Source: Microbacterium sp. (GTDB lineage: Bacteria > Actinomycetota > Actinomycetes > Actinomycetales > Microbacteriaceae). Taken from it: a DNA stretch of 64,000 bases. Positions 16,157 through 25,792 of the stretch are shown here, piece after piece. The DNA is taken from the NCBI RefSeq assembly GCF_046295495.1, contig NZ_JBKBNC010000008.1:813-64812 (forward strand), in the 5' to 3' direction. A program made the translations under genes and the position numbers. Position 1 is the first letter of the stretch, and every line of letters begins with the position of its first letter. Under the pieces are notes generated by a model. The model had not been told where the DNA came from and made no database searches. It saw nothing but the letters and a program-made list of their open reading frames with translations.

Positions 16157-17299
16157 TTAGATCGCTCCGTCCGCCGGCGCACCGGCATCCGCGTAGGTTC
16201 CGACCAGACGCACGGCGCCTCCGTCGACGCCCTTCGCGCCCTGTTCGTACTCGCCCTCGGGGCGGGTGCCGTCGCGGACGACGCCCACCTGCCAGGTGGC
16301 GATGCCGTCGGCCTGCAGCGCCGAGGTCGCGGCATCCGCGATCTCGGGGGCGACGACGGCGAGGAAGCCGATGCCGAGGTTCCACGTGCCCTCGGTCGCG
16401 GTGAGCTCGAGTCCGCCGATGTCGGCGAGCACGCGGAACACCGGCGAGGGGCTCCACGTGGAGCGGTCGAGATCGACCCAGGCGTCGCGCGGCAGGACGC
16501 GCGCGAGGTTCGCCGCGATGCCGCCGCCGGTGACGTGGCTCAGCGAATGGATGCCGGAACCCACCGCCCCGTCGTCGAGGAGGCGCAGCAGCGGCGAGGT
16601 GTAGAGGCGGGTCGGCTCGAGAAGGGCCTCGCCCCACGTGCCGCCGAGCTCGGCCGACGCCGCGCCGTAGGCGATGCCCGCACCGGTGATGATGTGGCGC
16701 ACGAGCGAGTAGCCGTTGGAGTGCAGGCCGCTGGACGCGAGGGCCAGTACCACGTCGCCGGGACGCACGCGGTCGGCGCCCAGCACGCGGTCGGCCTCGA
16801 CGACACCGGTCGCCGCTCCCGCGACGTCGTAGTCGTCGACGCCCAGGAGCCCGGGGTGCTCGGCGGTCTCGCCCCCGACGAGCGCGGTACCCGTCATGGC
16901 GCAGCCGCGCGCGATGCCGGCGACGATGTCGGCGATGCGCTCGGGCACGACCTTGCCGCACGCGATGTAGTCGGTCATGAAGAGCGGGCGCGCGCCGACC
17001 ACGACGATGTCGTCGACGACCATGCCGACGAGGTCTTCGCCGATCGTGTCGTGCTTGTCGATCGCCTGCGCGATCGCGACCTTGGTACCGACGCCGTCGG
17101 TGCTCGTCGCGAGCAGCGGATGGGCGTAGTCACGCAGGGCGGAGGCGTCGAAGAGGCCGGCGAAGCCGCCGACACCACCGAGGACCTCGGGCCCGTGCGT
17201 GCGCCGCACGGCCGACTTCATCAGTTCGACGGCGAGATCTCCGGCGGCGGTATCGACGCCGGCAGCGGAATAGGGGTTTTCGTGGGGAGCGGAGGCCAC
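16157..17299 (-). CDS. purM: Phosphoribosylformylglycinamidine cyclo-ligase (AIR synthetase)
   Basis: 380-aa ORF. Motifs STDGVGTK, GEDLVGMVVDD, GGETAEHPG, SSGLHSNGYSL. Confidence 0.95.
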   Translation of the reverse strand: MASAPHENPYSAAGVDTAAGDLAVELMKSAVRRTHGPEVLGGVGGFAGLFDASALRDYAHPLLATSTDGVGTKVAIAQAIDKHDTIGEDLVGMVVDDIVVVGARPLFMTDYIACGKVVPERIADIVAGIARGCAMTGTALVGGETAEHPGLLGVDDYDVAGAATGVVEADRVLGADRVRPGDVVLALASSGLHSNGYSLVRHIITGAGIAYGAASAELGGTWGEALLEPTRLYTSPLLRLLDDGAVGSGIHSLSHVTGGGIAANLARVLPRDAWVDLDRSTWSPSPVFRVLADIGGLELTATEGTWNLGIGFLAVVAPEIADAATSALQADGIATWQVGVVRDGTRPEGEYEQGAKGVDGGAVRLVGTYADAGAPADGAI

Positions 17300-17493
17300 C
17301 GCAACAGACTACCCGGGTGGACGCGCGCGAGTGTCGCGGGGCCGAGCGCCGCGACGAGCCGGCGGCGACGAGTAGCGACGGCGAGCGGAGGAGATCCCGC
17401 GACGGGCGCACCGGCCGAGGCCACGGCATCCCCCGCTCCCCGAATCTCCTCTCGGCCGACGCAAGGCCCCATCCGCGCCGGCCTCCGTCTCTT

Positions 17494-17499
17494 TACAAT
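17494..17499 (+). promoter_or_regulatory. -10 hexamer TACAAT placed 6 nt before ATG 17506 (leaderless transcript predicted)
   Basis: Read directly. Confidence 0.5.
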
Positions 17500-17505
17500 G
17501 ACGCC

Positions 17506-18117
17506 ATGACGGGCGGTCAGCCGGAGTGGGTGATCCGCGAGGACGCGGCGCAACCGGTGCTCGTCGCGCTCTACCTGCGCCAGGTGATCGGCATCCGGTC
17601 GCCGGAGGAGCTGCCGTCGCTGCGCCGCGTCCCGCCCCCGCTCCTCTCCGAACGGGCGGATGCCGCGCACGCGCAGCTCGAGCGCGAGTGGCGCCGGTAC
17701 TGGGCCATGACCGTGGAGCCGCAGGCCCATCCCTCGCCCGTGCCGCTCGAGCTGGTCGACGGCTTCGACACGCTGGTGGCCCTCCCGGTCGAGGGCGCCG
17801 ATGCCCTCCGCGAGGCGATCGCCGGTCACGCCGCCGACGCGGTCGACTTCGCCCGCCTCGCGCACGACCGGTACGCGCGGGACTCCGCGGCGCGGCCCGG
17901 GGTGGCGTACCGGGCGTACGCGAGCGCGATCGCCGCGCACGAGCGCGCGGTGGGCCGACGCGCCCACTCCTTCGAGCTGAACGTGCAGGTGCTGCCGCTC
18001 GCTCAGCGCGGGGTGTGGTGGATCGGATCGCTCACCGTCGCGGTGACCGACGGCCTGCGCGGTGACGTCGCGGCGTTCGACTCCGCCATCCACCCGATCA
18101 TCGCGGAACTGGCGTGA
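17506..18117 (+). CDS. Hypothetical protein (203 aa)
   Basis: ORF 17317..18117 trimmed to ATG 17506. Good GC3 bias. No family recognised. Confidence 0.55.
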   Translation: MTGGQPEWVIREDAAQPVLVALYLRQVIGIRSPEELPSLRRVPPPLLSERADAAHAQLEREWRRYWAMTVEPQAHPSPVPLELVDGFDTLVALPVEGADALREAIAGHAADAVDFARLAHDRYARDSAARPGVAYRAYASAIAAHERAVGRRAHSFELNVQVLPLAQRGVWWIGSLTVAVTDGLRGDVAAFDSAIHPIIAELA

Positions 18118-18165
18118 ACGGAGGCCACGCGAGGACGCGGTGAGCGCGACGCGCGGAGGGGGCGG

Positions 18166-18501
18166 TCAGAGGCCGTGCTGCTCGTGGTCGACGACGACCT
18201 GGCGCGTGCGGCCGCCGACCGTGCGTTCGAAGATCAGCGCCACGATCCCGGCGAGCGCGACGCCCGCCACGATGCAGATGAGGGCCGTGAAACCGAAGAC
18301 CTGCAGGTCGGAGTAGACGACCTGCGTGTACGGGCTGACATCGGTGCCGTCGATCGTGACGGTGAGGATCAGGGCGACGAGGATGCCGACGAACGCCCCC
18401 GCGGCCAGGAAGACGCCGTACTTGGGCGCGCGCCGCACGGTGACCGTCTGGATCTCGTCGCGGACGGGGACCTGTCGTCCGGTGTCGGGCTGCTCGTCCA
18501 T
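18166..18501 (-). CDS. Small membrane protein (111 aa, 2 TM), unknown function
   Basis: ORF 18166..18633 trimmed to ATG 18501 (MDEQPDTG), with GGGAGAA SD. Hydrophobic segments YGVFLAAGAFVGILVALILTV and FGFTALICIVAGVALAGIVALIF. Confidence 0.55.
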   Translation of the reverse strand: MDEQPDTGRQVPVRDEIQTVTVRRAPKYGVFLAAGAFVGILVALILTVTIDGTDVSPYTQVVYSDLQVFGFTALICIVAGVALAGIVALIFERTVGGRTRQVVVDHEQHGL

Positions 18502-18669
18502 ACGCCCATTCTCCCACCGTGGACGCCGTCGCGGGTCGCCTTCCTCGGCGTCGAAACACCGCCCTCGTCGACGGCACGTCCGCCCGCGCGGGGCGCCGGA
18601 CGCCGGACCCCGACGCCGGTACGCCCTACCCACGGCATCCGCTCGCCGACGGCGGTGTCGACGCCGCGA

Positions 18670-19647
18670 TCAGGGAGCGGCGGGGCGGGGCGGGGCGGTC
18701 GAGCTGCGCACGATGAGCTGCGAGGGCAGCACGGTCTCGTCGAGGGGCGCCGCGCCCACCATGGCCTGCAGGAGCAGGTCGACCGCGAGGGCGCCCGAGC
18801 GCGCGATCGGCATGCGCACCGTGGTCAGACTCGGCGTGACGGCGCCCGCCAGGTCGATGTCGTCGATGCCGACGATGCTCACGTCCTCGGGACACACCCG
18901 CCCGAGCTCGGCCATGCCCGCCTCGAGACCGAGAGCCACGAGGTCGTTGTAGGCGATGACGGCGGTGGCGCCGCTCGCGACGGCGGCCGCAGCACCGGCG
19001 CGACCGCCCTGGATGGAGGCGGCGTGGTTGCTCAACCGTGACAGGCGGATTCCGAAGCGCTCGCACGCACGCGCGACCGCGTCGGCGCGCTGCTCGTCGG
19101 CCCACGAGCCGTGCGGGCCCGAGGCGTAGGCGATGTGGCCGTGCCCGAGGGCGGAGAGGTGTTCGACCGCCTGCGTCGGACCGCGCTCGGCATCCATCAC
19201 GATGCACACGGCGCCGCGGAGCAGGCGGTTGATCACGACGTGCGGGGTGTCGCCCACCAGCGCCAGCACCTCCGCCTCCGGCAGACGGGGAGAGCACAGC
19301 AGGAGGCCGTCCATCCGACGGCCGAGTTCTATCGACTCGCGCTCGCGACGCAGGTCTTCGTCGGCGTCGAAGAGCACGATGCGGTGGCGCCCGTGCCACG
19401 CCTGCCCCTGGATGGCCTTGAGTAGCGTCGCGTACACGGGGTTGGCGGCATCCGGGACCACCACCCCGATCGTGCGGGTGCCGACCGCCGCCTGCGGCGT
19501 GGCGTAACCGAGCTCCGCCGCCGCCCGACGCACGCGCTCGAGGGTGGCCGGGGCCAGACGATCGGGCTCGCCGAACGCGCGGGAGGCCGTGGCGATCGAC
19601 ACACCCGCGTGACGCGCCACCTCCGTGAGATTCGCCGCCATCCCCAC
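18670..19647 (-). CDS. LacI-family transcriptional regulator
   Basis: 325-aa ORF. N-terminal HTH (NLTEVARHAGVSIATASRAF) plus a periplasmic-binding-fold sensor domain. GTG 19647 or ATG 19641. Divergent from the sugar-acid operon. Confidence 0.9.
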   Translation of the reverse strand: MGMAANLTEVARHAGVSIATASRAFGEPDRLAPATLERVRRAAAELGYATPQAAVGTRTIGVVVPDAANPVYATLLKAIQGQAWHGRHRIVLFDADEDLRRERESIELGRRMDGLLLCSPRLPEAEVLALVGDTPHVVINRLLRGAVCIVMDAERGPTQAVEHLSALGHGHIAYASGPHGSWADEQRADAVARACERFGIRLSRLSNHAASIQGGRAGAAAAVASGATAVIAYNDLVALGLEAGMAELGRVCPEDVSIVGIDDIDLAGAVTPSLTTVRMPIARSGALAVDLLLQAMVGAAPLDETVLPSQLIVRSSTAPPRPAAP

Positions 19648-19789
19648 CCCCTCGCCGCTGTCGTTCCATCATCGTGCATGCCGACCTGAAAACTGTTGAC
19701 AAGTTTGTACAAGCAATGCACACTGCTTGCATGCCGATCATCGACGATCTCCCCCGGTCGAGCCCCGCCGCGTCGACGGGGGCGCCCGA

Positions 19790-21286
19790 GTGAGCGCCCG
19801 CCTCCGCCGCGGCGCGACGCTGCCCGTGCCCGTGCCCGCCGCACCGTCGGGCGCCGGCATCCTGCACCTGGGTCTCGGCAGCTTCCATCGCGCGCACCAG
19901 GCCGTGTACACCGCCGCCGCCCTGCGGGCCGCGGGCGGCGACTGGGGGATCGTGGGCGTCGCCTCCCGCTCGCGTCGCGTCGTCGACGCCCTGCACGCGC
20001 AGGATCACCTGTACTCCGTCGCCACCGTCTCCCCCGAGGGGACGACGCTCACCGTCCCGGGCGTGCACACCGACTCCTATGTCGCCGCCGACGACCCCAC
20101 CCGCGTCGTCTCCGACCTCGCCGACCCGCGCATCCGCATCGCGACGTTGACCGTCACCGAGAACGGCTACAGCTTCTCGCCGTCGACCCAGCGCCTCGAC
20201 GTGGCCGATCCGCTGGTCGCCGCCGATCTGCGCGGGGGCGACCCGCGCTCGAGCATCGGTCAGCTCGCCCGCGGCCTGCAGCGCCGCGCCGCCGGGGGCG
20301 GGGAGCCGATCGCGATCCTCAGCTGCGACAACCTGCTCTCCAACGGCTCGCACACCGAGAGGCTCGTGCGCGCGTTCCTCCACGAACTGCCCGCCGCCGA
20401 GGCCGCCGACACCCTGGCCTACCTCGATCGGGCCGTGACGTTCCCCTCGAGCATGGTCGATCGCATCGTCCCCTCCACCACCGCGGAGCTGACGGATCGC
20501 GTCGGCGCGCTGCTCGGGGTGCGCGACGAGGTCCCGGTCCCCGCCGAGCCCTTCACGATGTGGGCGGTCGAGGACCGCTTCGCCGGGGGCCGACCCGCGT
20601 GGGAAGCCGGGGGCGCGGTGTTCACCGACGAAGTGTCGGCGTACGAACTGCTCAAGGTGCGCCTGCTCAACGGCACGCACTCCCTCATCGCCTACCTCGG
20701 CGCACTCCGCGGCGCCCCCACGATCCCGGATGCCATCGGCCTCGCCGAGGTCGAGGCGGCTGCGGCTGCCGTGCTCCGCCACGAGTACGAGCCCTCGGTC
20801 GTCGCCCCCGCCGGGGTCGACATCGGGCAGTACGAGCGTGACCTCTTCTCGCGCTGGGGCAACAGCGCGCTCGGGCACCGCACGAGCCAGGTCGGCTCCG
20901 ACGGCTCGGTCAAGCTCGGTCAGCGCATCCCGGGCCCGGTGGCCGACGCCTTCGACCGGGGCGAGTTCCCCCACCTCATCGCGCTCACCGTCGCCGCCTA
21001 CCTCGCGTGCATCGCCCCGCCGACCGGATTCGACCCGGGCCCGCACGCCGCCGCCATGACCGACCCGGCGCGCGAGCGCCTGACCGCCGTCGCCGTGCGC
21101 GGCGGCCGCGATCTCGCCGCCCGCGCGATCGTGGACCTGCACCTGTTCGGCGAAGACCTCGCTCACCGCACCGCCTTCGTGGACAGAGTCGGCGACCTGC
21201 TCGACACGATCGTGCAGCGCGGGGTCGACAGCGCGATCGCCGACAGCCTGTCGGCATCCACGGTCCTGGCCCCCACCCTCCCCTGA
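19790..21286 (+). CDS. uxuB: Mannitol dehydrogenase-family oxidoreductase (fructuronate reductase / mannonate oxidoreductase-like)
   Basis: Motifs HLGLGSFHRAHQA, TVTENGY, SCDNLLSNG, FPSSMVDRIVP. GTG 19790 preferred over the track TTG 19727; the start is uncertain. Confidence 0.85.
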   Translation: MSARLRRGATLPVPVPAAPSGAGILHLGLGSFHRAHQAVYTAAALRAAGGDWGIVGVASRSRRVVDALHAQDHLYSVATVSPEGTTLTVPGVHTDSYVAADDPTRVVSDLADPRIRIATLTVTENGYSFSPSTQRLDVADPLVAADLRGGDPRSSIGQLARGLQRRAAGGGEPIAILSCDNLLSNGSHTERLVRAFLHELPAAEAADTLAYLDRAVTFPSSMVDRIVPSTTAELTDRVGALLGVRDEVPVPAEPFTMWAVEDRFAGGRPAWEAGGAVFTDEVSAYELLKVRLLNGTHSLIAYLGALRGAPTIPDAIGLAEVEAAAAAVLRHEYEPSVVAPAGVDIGQYERDLFSRWGNSALGHRTSQVGSDGSVKLGQRIPGPVADAFDRGEFPHLIALTVAAYLACIAPPTGFDPGPHAAAMTDPARERLTAVAVRGGRDLAARAIVDLHLFGEDLAHRTAFVDRVGDLLDTIVQRGVDSAIADSLSASTVLAPTLP

Positions 21287-21355
21287 GCACCCGCGCCCTG
21301 CGGGGCGCATGACGACACCGCGCCCCGGAGGGCGCACGAAGAAGAAGGAGACGCG

Positions 21356-22360
21356 ATGAAGCTTCTCGCGATACACGGCGCGGAAGACGTGCGCTGGGAA
21401 GACCGCCCCGCTCCCGAGCCCCGCACCGGCGAGGTGCGCCTGCGGGTGCGCTACGTCGGCATCTGCGGGTCGGACCTGCACTACTACTTCCACGGCAAGA
21501 ACGGCGAGTACGCCGTGCGCGAGCCGCTGACGCCCGGGCACGAGCTGTCGGCCGAGGTCGACCTCGACCCGTCGGGACGCCTCGCGCCGGGCACCCCCGT
21601 GACCGTGCACCCGGCGCGCTTCGGCCCCGCGGTCGCGGGCCTCGAGGACCGCCCGCACCTGCGCGCCGGGGGCGACTACCTCGGCAGCGCGGCGGGCTTC
21701 CCGCACCGCCAGGGAGCGGCCGCCGAGCTGCTCGTCGTCGAGGACCACATGATCCGCGTGCTCCCCGAGGGGCTGCCGCTCGAGCGCGCCGCGCTGGCCG
21801 AGCCGCTCGCGGTCGCGCTGCACGCCGTGTCGCTGGCCGGCGACCTCACCGGCCGCCGGCCGCTCGTGATCGGCGCGGGACCCATCGGCCTGCTCGTCGC
21901 GGCGGCCGCCGTGCACGCGGGAGCCGCCGTGGTCGGCGCGAGCGACGTGCGGCCCGAGCCCCTCGAGCGCGCCCGCGCGCTGGGGGCGGGCGAGACCTTC
22001 CTCGTGGGCACCGACGCCATCGACCCCGAGTCGTTCGACGTCGTCTTCGAGTGCTCCGGGGTGGGCGTCGCGCTCACGCAGGCCGTGCGGGCGGCGCGGC
22101 GCGCCGGCACCGTCGTGCAGGTGGGGATGCTCCCCGACGCCGATCTCGGCGTCAACCTCGCGCCGCTGCTGGCCAAGGAGCTGACGCTGCGCGGGGCGTT
22201 CCGCTTCTCGACCGAGATCGACGATGCCATCGCCCTGCTCGCCTCCACCGACGCCTTCGACGCCGTCGTCTCGCACGTCATCCCCGCCTCCGATGCGGTC
22301 GCCGCCTTCGCGACGGCCCGGGACTCCTCGGCGTCCGCCAAGGTGCTCCTCGCTCTCTGA
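21356..22360 (+). CDS. Zn-dependent medium-chain dehydrogenase (L-idonate/L-gulonate 5-dehydrogenase-like)
   Basis: 334-aa ORF with GAAGGAG SD. Motifs GICGSDLHYY, PGHE, GAGPIGLL. Confidence 0.85.
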   Translation: MKLLAIHGAEDVRWEDRPAPEPRTGEVRLRVRYVGICGSDLHYYFHGKNGEYAVREPLTPGHELSAEVDLDPSGRLAPGTPVTVHPARFGPAVAGLEDRPHLRAGGDYLGSAAGFPHRQGAAAELLVVEDHMIRVLPEGLPLERAALAEPLAVALHAVSLAGDLTGRRPLVIGAGPIGLLVAAAAVHAGAAVVGASDVRPEPLERARALGAGETFLVGTDAIDPESFDVVFECSGVGVALTQAVRAARRAGTVVQVGMLPDADLGVNLAPLLAKELTLRGAFRFSTEIDDAIALLASTDAFDAVVSHVIPASDAVAAFATARDSSASAKVLLAL

Positions 22361-22425
22361 GCGCCCCGAACATCCCCGACACCACCCAGCGATTCCGCTA
22401 CGCATCCCTACGAAGGAGTAATCCG

Positions 22426-23826
22426 ATGAGCAGCACCCCCGCCACCGGCGTCGATTCGTCGACGCCCCCACCCGTCGCCAAGAGGTCGATGGGCGACCTC
22501 GTCCGCGCCGCCGTCTCGGGCTGGCTCGGCACGGCGCTGGAGTTCATGGACTTCCAGCTGTACTCGCTGGCCGCGGCCCTGGTGTTCAGCCAGGTGTTCT
22601 TCGCCGGCGGCGACGCGGCCATGGCCGTCGTGCTCGCCATGGCCACCTACGGCGTCGGCTACGTGGCCCGTCCCGTCGGCGCGTTCTTCTTCGCCCGCAT
22701 CGGCGACAAGGTCGGCCGCAAGCAGGTGCTCTTCTACACGATCCTGCTCATGGGCGCCGCGACCACCCTCATCGGGTTCCTGCCCACGTACGACCAGGTC
22801 GGCATCCTGGCCCCGATCCTCCTCGTCGTGCTGCGCCTGGCGCAGGGCTTCGGCGCCGGTGCCGAGATCTCGGGCGCGGGCGTCATGCTCGCCGAGTACG
22901 CCCCCGACAACCGCCGCGGCGTCGTCGCCTCGCTCGTCGCCCTCGGCACGAACTGCGGGACGCTGTTCGCCTCGGGCATCTGGGCGATCCTGCTCGCCGT
23001 GATGATGGAGAGCGACGTCATCGCCTGGGGCTGGCGCATCCCCTTCATCGGCAGCGCCGTCATCATGCTCTTCGCCCTGTGGGTGCGCTTCAACCTCAAG
23101 GAGAGCCCCGTCTTCGAGGAGCGCACCGACGTCGTCGACGGCAAGGCCCTCTCCCGCGCCGAACTGCACAAGGTCGCCACCGAGACCAACGACATCCGCA
23201 CGCTGGAGTCGCTGCAGAAGAAGCCGCTCAAGGCCGTGCTCGTGTCGTTCTTCCTGCGCTTCGGCCAGGCCGGCAACTCGGGCATCGTGCAGACGTACCT
23301 CATCTCGTTCATCACGATCACGCTCGCGATCTCGAAGGAGGTCGGCCCCGAGGTGGTCATCGTCTCCTCGCTCCTCGGCTTCATCACCATCCCGGTCGTG
23401 GGCTGGCTCGGCGACCGGTTCGGCCGTCGCCGCATGTACATCGTGATGTCGGCACTGTCGCTGCTGCTCATCGTGCCCACCCTGCTGCTGATCAACTCGC
23501 GCGAGGTCGGCTGGATCTTCGTGGGCTACGCGCTGATCCACAACATCGCGGTGCTGGGCCTGGCATCCATGGAGAACATCTCGATCCCGGAGATCTTCGG
23601 CGCCCGCAACCGCTACACCCTCACCGCGATGGTGCGCGAGATCGCGGCCATCATCGCCACCGGCGTCGGCCCCGTCGTCGCCGCCGCGTGGGTGGCCGCG
23701 GCCACCGGCAGCATCGTTCCGATCATGGTGCTGATGGGCGTGTTCACGGCCTCGGCGCTGGTCGCGGCGATCATCGCCCCCGAGTGGACCGGCCGCGATC
23801 TGACGGATCCGCGCTCCGCGATGTGA
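22426..23826 (+). CDS. MFS metabolite:H+ symporter (MHS-type)
   Basis: Tail of ORF 22051..23826 from ATG 22426, with AAGGAG SD. 12 TM. Motifs GDKVGRKQVL and GWLGDRFGRRR. Confidence 0.85.
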   Translation: MSSTPATGVDSSTPPPVAKRSMGDLVRAAVSGWLGTALEFMDFQLYSLAAALVFSQVFFAGGDAAMAVVLAMATYGVGYVARPVGAFFFARIGDKVGRKQVLFYTILLMGAATTLIGFLPTYDQVGILAPILLVVLRLAQGFGAGAEISGAGVMLAEYAPDNRRGVVASLVALGTNCGTLFASGIWAILLAVMMESDVIAWGWRIPFIGSAVIMLFALWVRFNLKESPVFEERTDVVDGKALSRAELHKVATETNDIRTLESLQKKPLKAVLVSFFLRFGQAGNSGIVQTYLISFITITLAISKEVGPEVVIVSSLLGFITIPVVGWLGDRFGRRRMYIVMSALSLLLIVPTLLLINSREVGWIFVGYALIHNIAVLGLASMENISIPEIFGARNRYTLTAMVREIAAIIATGVGPVVAAAWVAAATGSIVPIMVLMGVFTASALVAAIIAPEWTGRDLTDPRSAM

Positions 23827-23925
23827 TCCGCGGGGGCCGGTGTCCCGGCTCCCGCACCCGGGGGGGTTGGTGAGGGCGAACCCGCCCGGCTTCCCTCCCC
23901 CGCCCTCGATCCGGAAGATCCCCGC

Positions 23926-25152
23926 ATGAGCATCGCCTCCGTCGACGTCATCGTCACGAGCCCCGGCCGCAATTTCGTCACCCTCAAGATCGTCACCGGA
24001 GACGGCGTCGTCGGATGGGGGGACGCCACCCTCAACGGTCGCGAGCTGTCCGTCGCGTCGTACCTCTCCGACCACCTCGCCTCGATGCTCATCGGGCGCG
24101 ACGAGGACCGCATCGAAGACACCTGGCAGTACCTCTACCGCGGCGCCTACTGGCGACGCGGGCCCGTCACCATGGCCGCGATCGCCGCCGTCGACATGGC
24201 GCTGTGGGACATCAAGGCCAAGAAGGCCGGGATGCCGCTCTACCAGCTGCTGGGAGGTGCGAGCCGCGACGGTGTGCGCGTCTACGCCCACGCCTCGGGC
24301 ACCGATTCCGCCGCCCTCTCCAACGCCATCACCGGCTACCGCGAGCTCGGCTTCACCGCCGTGCGCGTGCAGACGGGCGTCCCCGGCCTCGGGCAGATCT
24401 ACGGCGTCTCGGCCGCGGGCCCCGGCGTCCGGTACGACTACGAACCGGCGAAGCGATCGGGCGACCGCCCCGCCGAGGAGACCTGGGACACCCGCCAGTA
24501 CCGCAACCACATGCCCGGGGTGTTCGCGAGGATCCGCGAGGAATTCGGCACCGACCTGCGCATCCTGCACGACGGCCACCACCGCATGACGCCGATCGAG
24601 GCCGCGCGGTTCGCGAAGGACGTCGAACCCTACGATCTCTTCTGGCTCGAGGACGCCACGCCCGGCGAGGACCAGACCGCGCTGCGCCTCATCCGCCAGC
24701 ACTCCACGACGCCGCTCGCGATCGGCGAGGTGTTCAACACCGTGTACGACTACCAGACGCTCATCACCGAGCGGCTGATCGACTACGTGCGCTCGGCCGT
24801 CACCCACACCGGCGGCATCACCGCGATGAAGAAGCTGCTCGACTTCGCCGCGATCTACGGCATCCGCTCCGGCATCCACGGGCCCACCGACATCTCGCCC
24901 GTCGGAATGGCCGCCGCCCTGCACCTGGATCTGGCGATCCACAACTTCGGCATCCAGGAGTACATGCCGCACAACGAGCAGACGCTCGAGGTGTTCCGCA
25001 CGTCGTTCACCTTCGACAAGGGCTTCCTTCACCCGGGCGATCAGCCCGGTCTGGGCGTCGAACTCGACGAAGAGGCCGCCGGTGCGTTCGAGTACACGAA
25101 GGCCTACCTGCCGGTGAACCGCCTGCTCGATGGGACCGTCCATGACTGGTGA
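23926..25152 (+). CDS. manD: D-mannonate (or D-gluconate) dehydratase, enolase-superfamily ManD subgroup
   Basis: 408-aa ORF. Sequence [33 protein letters not shown], metal/acid-base context LHDGHHR and WLED, C-terminal [14 protein letters not shown]. Confidence 0.85.
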   Translation: MSIASVDVIVTSPGRNFVTLKIVTGDGVVGWGDATLNGRELSVASYLSDHLASMLIGRDEDRIEDTWQYLYRGAYWRRGPVTMAAIAAVDMALWDIKAKKAGMPLYQLLGGASRDGVRVYAHASGTDSAALSNAITGYRELGFTAVRVQTGVPGLGQIYGVSAAGPGVRYDYEPAKRSGDRPAEETWDTRQYRNHMPGVFARIREEFGTDLRILHDGHHRMTPIEAARFAKDVEPYDLFWLEDATPGEDQTALRLIRQHSTTPLAIGEVFNTVYDYQTLITERLIDYVRSAVTHTGGITAMKKLLDFAAIYGIRSGIHGPTDISPVGMAAALHLDLAIHNFGIQEYMPHNEQTLEVFRTSFTFDKGFLHPGDQPGLGVELDEEAAGAFEYTKAYLPVNRLLDGTVHDW

Positions 25153-25792
25153 ACTTCCGTCCCGCACCGTTTCGTCGAGGCTCGTCGTCGTCGCCCGGGC
25201 TTCCGCCGCGTCGGACTACGCGCCCGTCCTGGCCGCCCTGGCCGACGCGGGCGTGCAGAGCGTCGAACTCACGCTCACCACCCCGGGCACCTTCGACGTC
25301 TTCGCACAGCTGCGTGCGTCGTTCGACGGCGACCTGGGCATCGGCACGGTCACGACCCTCGACCAGCTCGAGCGGGCCATCGCCGTCGGCGCCGACTACG
25401 TCGTCACCCCCATCACCTCGACCGCCCTGGTCGAGCGCGCGGTCGCCGCGGGCATGCCGATCGTCCCCGGGGGCCTGACCCCCACCGAGCTCTTCGCCTC
25501 GTGGTCGGCGGGCGCCTCGGCGGTCAAAGTGTTCCCCGCCGGTCAGGTGGGTCCCGGCTATCTGAAGGACCTCCGCGGCCCGTTCCCCGACATCGCCGTG
25601 GTCCCGTCGGGAGGGGTGGATGCCGACAGCGCGGCCGCGTGGCTCGCCGCGGGCGCCGTGGCGGTCAGCGTCGGCGGCCCCCTGCTCGGCGATGCGTTCC
25701 ACGGAGGCGACCTCGGCGCGCTCCGCGAGCGAGCCGCACGGTTCGTCGCCGTGTGCGCGGGAGCGAGCACCCTCGCGGGGCGGCATCCGTGA
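25142..25792 (+). CDS. eda: 2-keto-3-deoxy-6-phosphogluconate (KDPG/KHG) aldolase
   Basis: ATG 25142 overlaps the manD stop (alternative 25130). Motifs [22 protein letters not shown]. Confidence 0.8.
   Translation: MTGELPSRTVSSRLVVVARASAASDYAPVLAALADAGVQSVELTLTTPGTFDVFAQLRASFDGDLGIGTVTTLDQLERAIAVGADYVVTPITSTALVERAVAAGMPIVPGGLTPTELFASWSAGASAVKVFPAGQVGPGYLKDLRGPFPDIAVVPSGGVDADSAAAWLAAGAVAVSVGGPLLGDAFHGGDLGALRERAARFVAVCAGASTLAGRHP

Noticed and set aside
13455-16961. Single 1168-aa minus-strand ORF suggesting a giant fusion protein
   Set aside because: Only the C-terminal ~407 aa (the MFS part) look like protein. The N-terminal ~760 aa are R/P/G-rich out-of-frame read-through across purF and purM, which are clearly encoded in other frames.
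17300-17505. Possible ZTP/purine riboswitch in the purM upstream region (a CCACCCGGG string resembles the ZTP CCACCGGG box)
   Set aside because: The other ZTP hallmarks (GGGTCGTG-type 5' box, CCGCCTGGGC 3' pseudoknot strand) are absent. The resemblance rests on one short GC-rich string.
19727-19789. TTG start at 19727 for the UxuB-like gene, as in the ORF track
   Set aside because: The added 21 aa (HADHRRSPPVEPRRVDGGAR) look non-coding, and the TTG lies within the promoter-like repeat region. GTG 19790 leaves a normal-length N-terminus before the GILHLGLGSFHRAHQ dinucleotide-binding motif. The start remains uncertain.
18626-22471. 1281-aa minus-strand ORF. Similar shadows: 22408..25167 (-), 14513..17509 (+), 33322..35319 (+), 43171..45084 (+), 26958..29024 (+), 36253..37968 (-), 50580..52298 (-), 53175..54932 (+)
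   Set aside because: All overlap well-supported genes on the other strand or frame. They translate to Arg/Gly/Pro/Asp-rich low-complexity sequence and contain no recognisable domains.
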